From a virus (lineage: Duplodnaviria > Heunggongvirae > Uroviricota > Caudoviricetes): 41,126 nt of DNA. This document shows, piece after piece, positions 39,560-41,126 of the stretch (positions are counted from its first letter, which is position 1; every line of letters begins with the position of its first letter). The stretch lies in the IMG/VR virus record IMGVR_UViG_2706794694_000014, one strand, 5' to 3'. Below the pieces are notes generated by a model. That model saw only the letters and a list, made by a program, of their open reading frames with translations, was not told where the DNA came from and did not search any database. The position numbers were made by a program, and so were the translations under genes.

Positions 39560-39595
39560 CTCACCGGGTGCAGCCGGTTATGATGGAGAAATGAT

Positions 39596-39877
39596 ATGAA
39601 TACCTTGTTTTTACTGATGGCTGAATTCAATACCCCAAACATTGAACTCTCAGCAGTTAGTCAAAAATACTTTGGTATGAGTCCAGCCACAGCAGAAGCA
39701 AAAGCAAACGCTTGTAAGTTGCCTGTACCTACATATCGCATCGGTACATCACAAAAAGCAAAACGTTGCATCAATATTCAGGATCTTGCGGAATACATAG
39801 ACAAAAGACGAGAAGAAGGACGTATCGAGTGGGAACAGGTCAGAACAGGCAAACAGAAGGGCAAAGAACATCACTAA
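39596..39877 (+). CDS. PrtN-family (pyocin-activator/excisionase-like) DNA-binding protein
   Basis: MNTLFLLMAEFNTPNIELSAVSQKYFGMSPATAEAKANACKLPVPTYRIGTSQKAKRCINIQDLAEYID matches the PrtN-family pattern as recalled; GGAGA RBS. Confidence 0.6.
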   Translation: MNTLFLLMAEFNTPNIELSAVSQKYFGMSPATAEAKANACKLPVPTYRIGTSQKAKRCINIQDLAEYIDKRREEGRIEWEQVRTGKQKGKEHH

Positions 39878-39878
39878 A

Positions 39879-39906
39879 GAAAAAACCCGCCTAAAGGCGG
39901 GTTTTC
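39879..39906. terminator. Bidirectional rho-independent terminator between convergent operons
   Basis: aaaaaacccgcc-taaa-ggcgggtttt. Confidence 0.8.
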
Positions 39907-39923
39907 AAAAAGCACCAGCTATG

Positions 39924-40097
39924 ATCATGCTGCTTTGCGACGACGAAGCTTACCCTGCTGCTCTTTACCAGAGACAGTAGCGTGAGTGAACGCATTAGGA
40001 GCAGCCTTCATCAGAACTTCAACAGCAGCACCCATACCTGCGAATGCTTTCATTGTGTCGAACTTAACCTGTGGCTTGGTTGCTTTTTGATCTTCCA
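39924..40097 (-). CDS. Small hypothetical protein (57 aa), last gene of the Panacea operon
   Basis: ATG with GGAG RBS ~8 nt upstream; MEDQKATKPQVKFDTMKAFAGMGAAVEVLMKAAPNAFTHATVSGKEQQGKLRRRKAA; ends just before the bidirectional terminator; below the ORF-track cutoff. Confidence 0.4.
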
Positions 40098-40137
40098 TAG
40101 AAAACTCCAGAAGCTATACCGAAACAATTCCTGTTGT

Positions 40138-40557
40138 TTACTCATCATCAATAGATGATACGCAATATTTATTTTTAAATTTAAGGTTCTTTGGCGTAAC
40201 TTCATCAGATATATCAAAACCGTCCAGAATTCTATTGAATGTAGCTTCTGGCATATCATCATGAACGGAAATCTCACCCGATCGCTGCTTTCTAACCATG
40301 TTATCCACTCGCCAAATTATAGCTTCAGCGTAAACAACATAACTTGGATGCTTGATAAAGCGATGATCACCAGAATTCAAGACGCAAGACGGATCGTGGG
40401 GGACACCATCCTTGATACTAGAAATATTAACAACTAAAACACAATAACAATCGTTAACGGGGTAATAAACAGGATCATTACAAATCACATGAAGATGATT
40501 GCATGGCCCAGTTGGGGCAAGCACAGTTCCTTTCCTGTATGGCTGATAATCCGTCAT
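40138..40557 (-). CDS. Unrecognised Cys/His-rich protein (139 aa), candidate toxin/effector partner of the Panacea-domain protein
   Basis: 4-bp overlap with the upstream Panacea gene; GPCNHLHVICNDPVYYPVNDCYCV...HDPSCVLNSGDHRF Cys/His cluster; no family recognised. Confidence 0.6.
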   Translation of the reverse strand: MTDYQPYRKGTVLAPTGPCNHLHVICNDPVYYPVNDCYCVLVVNISSIKDGVPHDPSCVLNSGDHRFIKHPSYVVYAEAIIWRVDNMVRKQRSGEISVHDDMPEATFNRILDGFDISDEVTPKNLKFKNKYCVSSIDDE

Positions 40558-41126
40558 GATAATTGCAAAGAAAATTCCTTAAGTTTCTGAGATTCTTCCA
40601 TTTTGCCAATTATACGATTAGCCTCATCCTCGCTTTTACCCTCACTGATCAGCATTTCTTTCAGGTCTATAGGCTTACGAGAATTGCCAGGATTGTGCCA
40701 CTCTGGACAAACGCTTTCTAAATGCGTCATGTTTGCGAGATCAAATCGGTTCATATGCCCATACAGAGAATAGATTTCATCTAAAATCCGGATATCTGCA
40801 CGGCTCAACTCATCAAAGACCTCGTCTGCATCCATTTCCCTCGGATCTGAACGCAACAACACATCATGCCCGTTCGTCTCTATCAGGTTGTACCAGTAGT
40901 CACCAATACCTTCAGCCTTACCACGAATCAAGTTCAGCGTATTCGACATGACTGGACCAAATTTCATAGAGTAAAGGCTATCTTCGCCGATCATCCTGCC
41001 ATGCTTCAAAATCGACTTGCGGTTAGACAGATAGAGCAGCTTCATCAATTTCAGATATGCCATGCGCCCACCTCGCTTAAGAAGTAGGTATGCAGCCATT
41101 TGAGCTACTTTTTCTTCGCAAAACAT
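40554..41126 (-). CDS. Panacea (DUF4065) domain protein, putative PanA-type antitoxin
   Basis: MAYLKLMKLLYLSNRKSILKHGRMIGEDSLYSMKFGPVMSN matches the DUF4065 signature (K-L-x-K-L-L-Y ... GPV) as recalled; ATG is the last codon of the window. Confidence 0.65.
   Translation of the reverse strand: MFCEEKVAQMAAYLLLKRGGRMAYLKLMKLLYLSNRKSILKHGRMIGEDSLYSMKFGPVMSNTLNLIRGKAEGIGDYWYNLIETNGHDVLLRSDPREMDADEVFDELSRADIRILDEIYSLYGHMNRFDLANMTHLESVCPEWHNPGNSRKPIDLKEMLISEGKSEDEANRIIGKMEESQKLKEFSLQLS

Larger units (their letters stand above)
859..41126. mobile_element. Lambdoid prophage, partial in window (tail fibre end through immunity region and early-left accessory genes); integrase/att not in window
   Basis: Continuous lambda-order synteny of recognisable lambda homologues (Nu1/A/W/B ... 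J/lom/stf/tfa; cro/cI; Q; lysis cassette). Confidence 0.9.

Noticed and set aside
1-41126. CRISPR arrays, tRNA or rRNA genes
   Set aside because: No regularly spaced short direct repeats and no tRNA-like T-loop (GGTTCGAATCC-type) motifs seen; the only tandem repeats are intragenic (stf, lom).
39879-41126. Integrase or attachment site at the right end of the window
   Set aside because: The right-end genes are a Panacea-type module, not a tyrosine recombinase; the prophage boundary is presumably beyond the window.

Overview
This window is an almost complete lambdoid (lambda-like) prophage, with a metal-transporter cargo gene (sitD-like) at the left edge. Late and early-right genes run on the minus strand in canonical lambda order. 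From high to low coordinate: cro-like, CII/CP76-like, replication/nin-region genes (PerC-like, Dam-like MTase, LexA-N-domain protein, RusA, KilA-N, DUF968), Q antiterminator, a lipoprotein moron, a second MTase, pinholin/SAR-endolysin/Rz/Rz1 lysis cassette, cos region, terminase small and large subunits, W, portal, fused protease-scaffold-capsid, head completion genes, Z, U, V, G/T (frameshift), tape measure H, M, L, K, I, J, lom, side tail fibre (stf), tfa. On the plus strand: CI-like repressor, a PL-like promoter with a ~600 nt untranslated structured leader, YfdP/YfdQ-like genes, an AT-rich membrane-protein moron and a PrtN-like gene. At the right edge a convergent minus-strand operon encodes a Panacea (DUF4065) domain protein, an unrecognised Cys/His-rich 139-aa protein and a 57-aa ORF; this is the best candidate for an undescribed toxin-antitoxin or defence module. 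No integrase, att site, tRNA or CRISPR was found in the window. Five N-runs (1342-1574, 2854-3071, 4624-4923, 10504-10712, 25983-26292) interrupt stf/tfa, stf, lom, L and the holin; they look like assembly gaps of unreliable length. All identifications are from reading the translations and sequence by eye and from memory of the families; no searches were run, and hairpin and motif coordinates may be off by a base or two.
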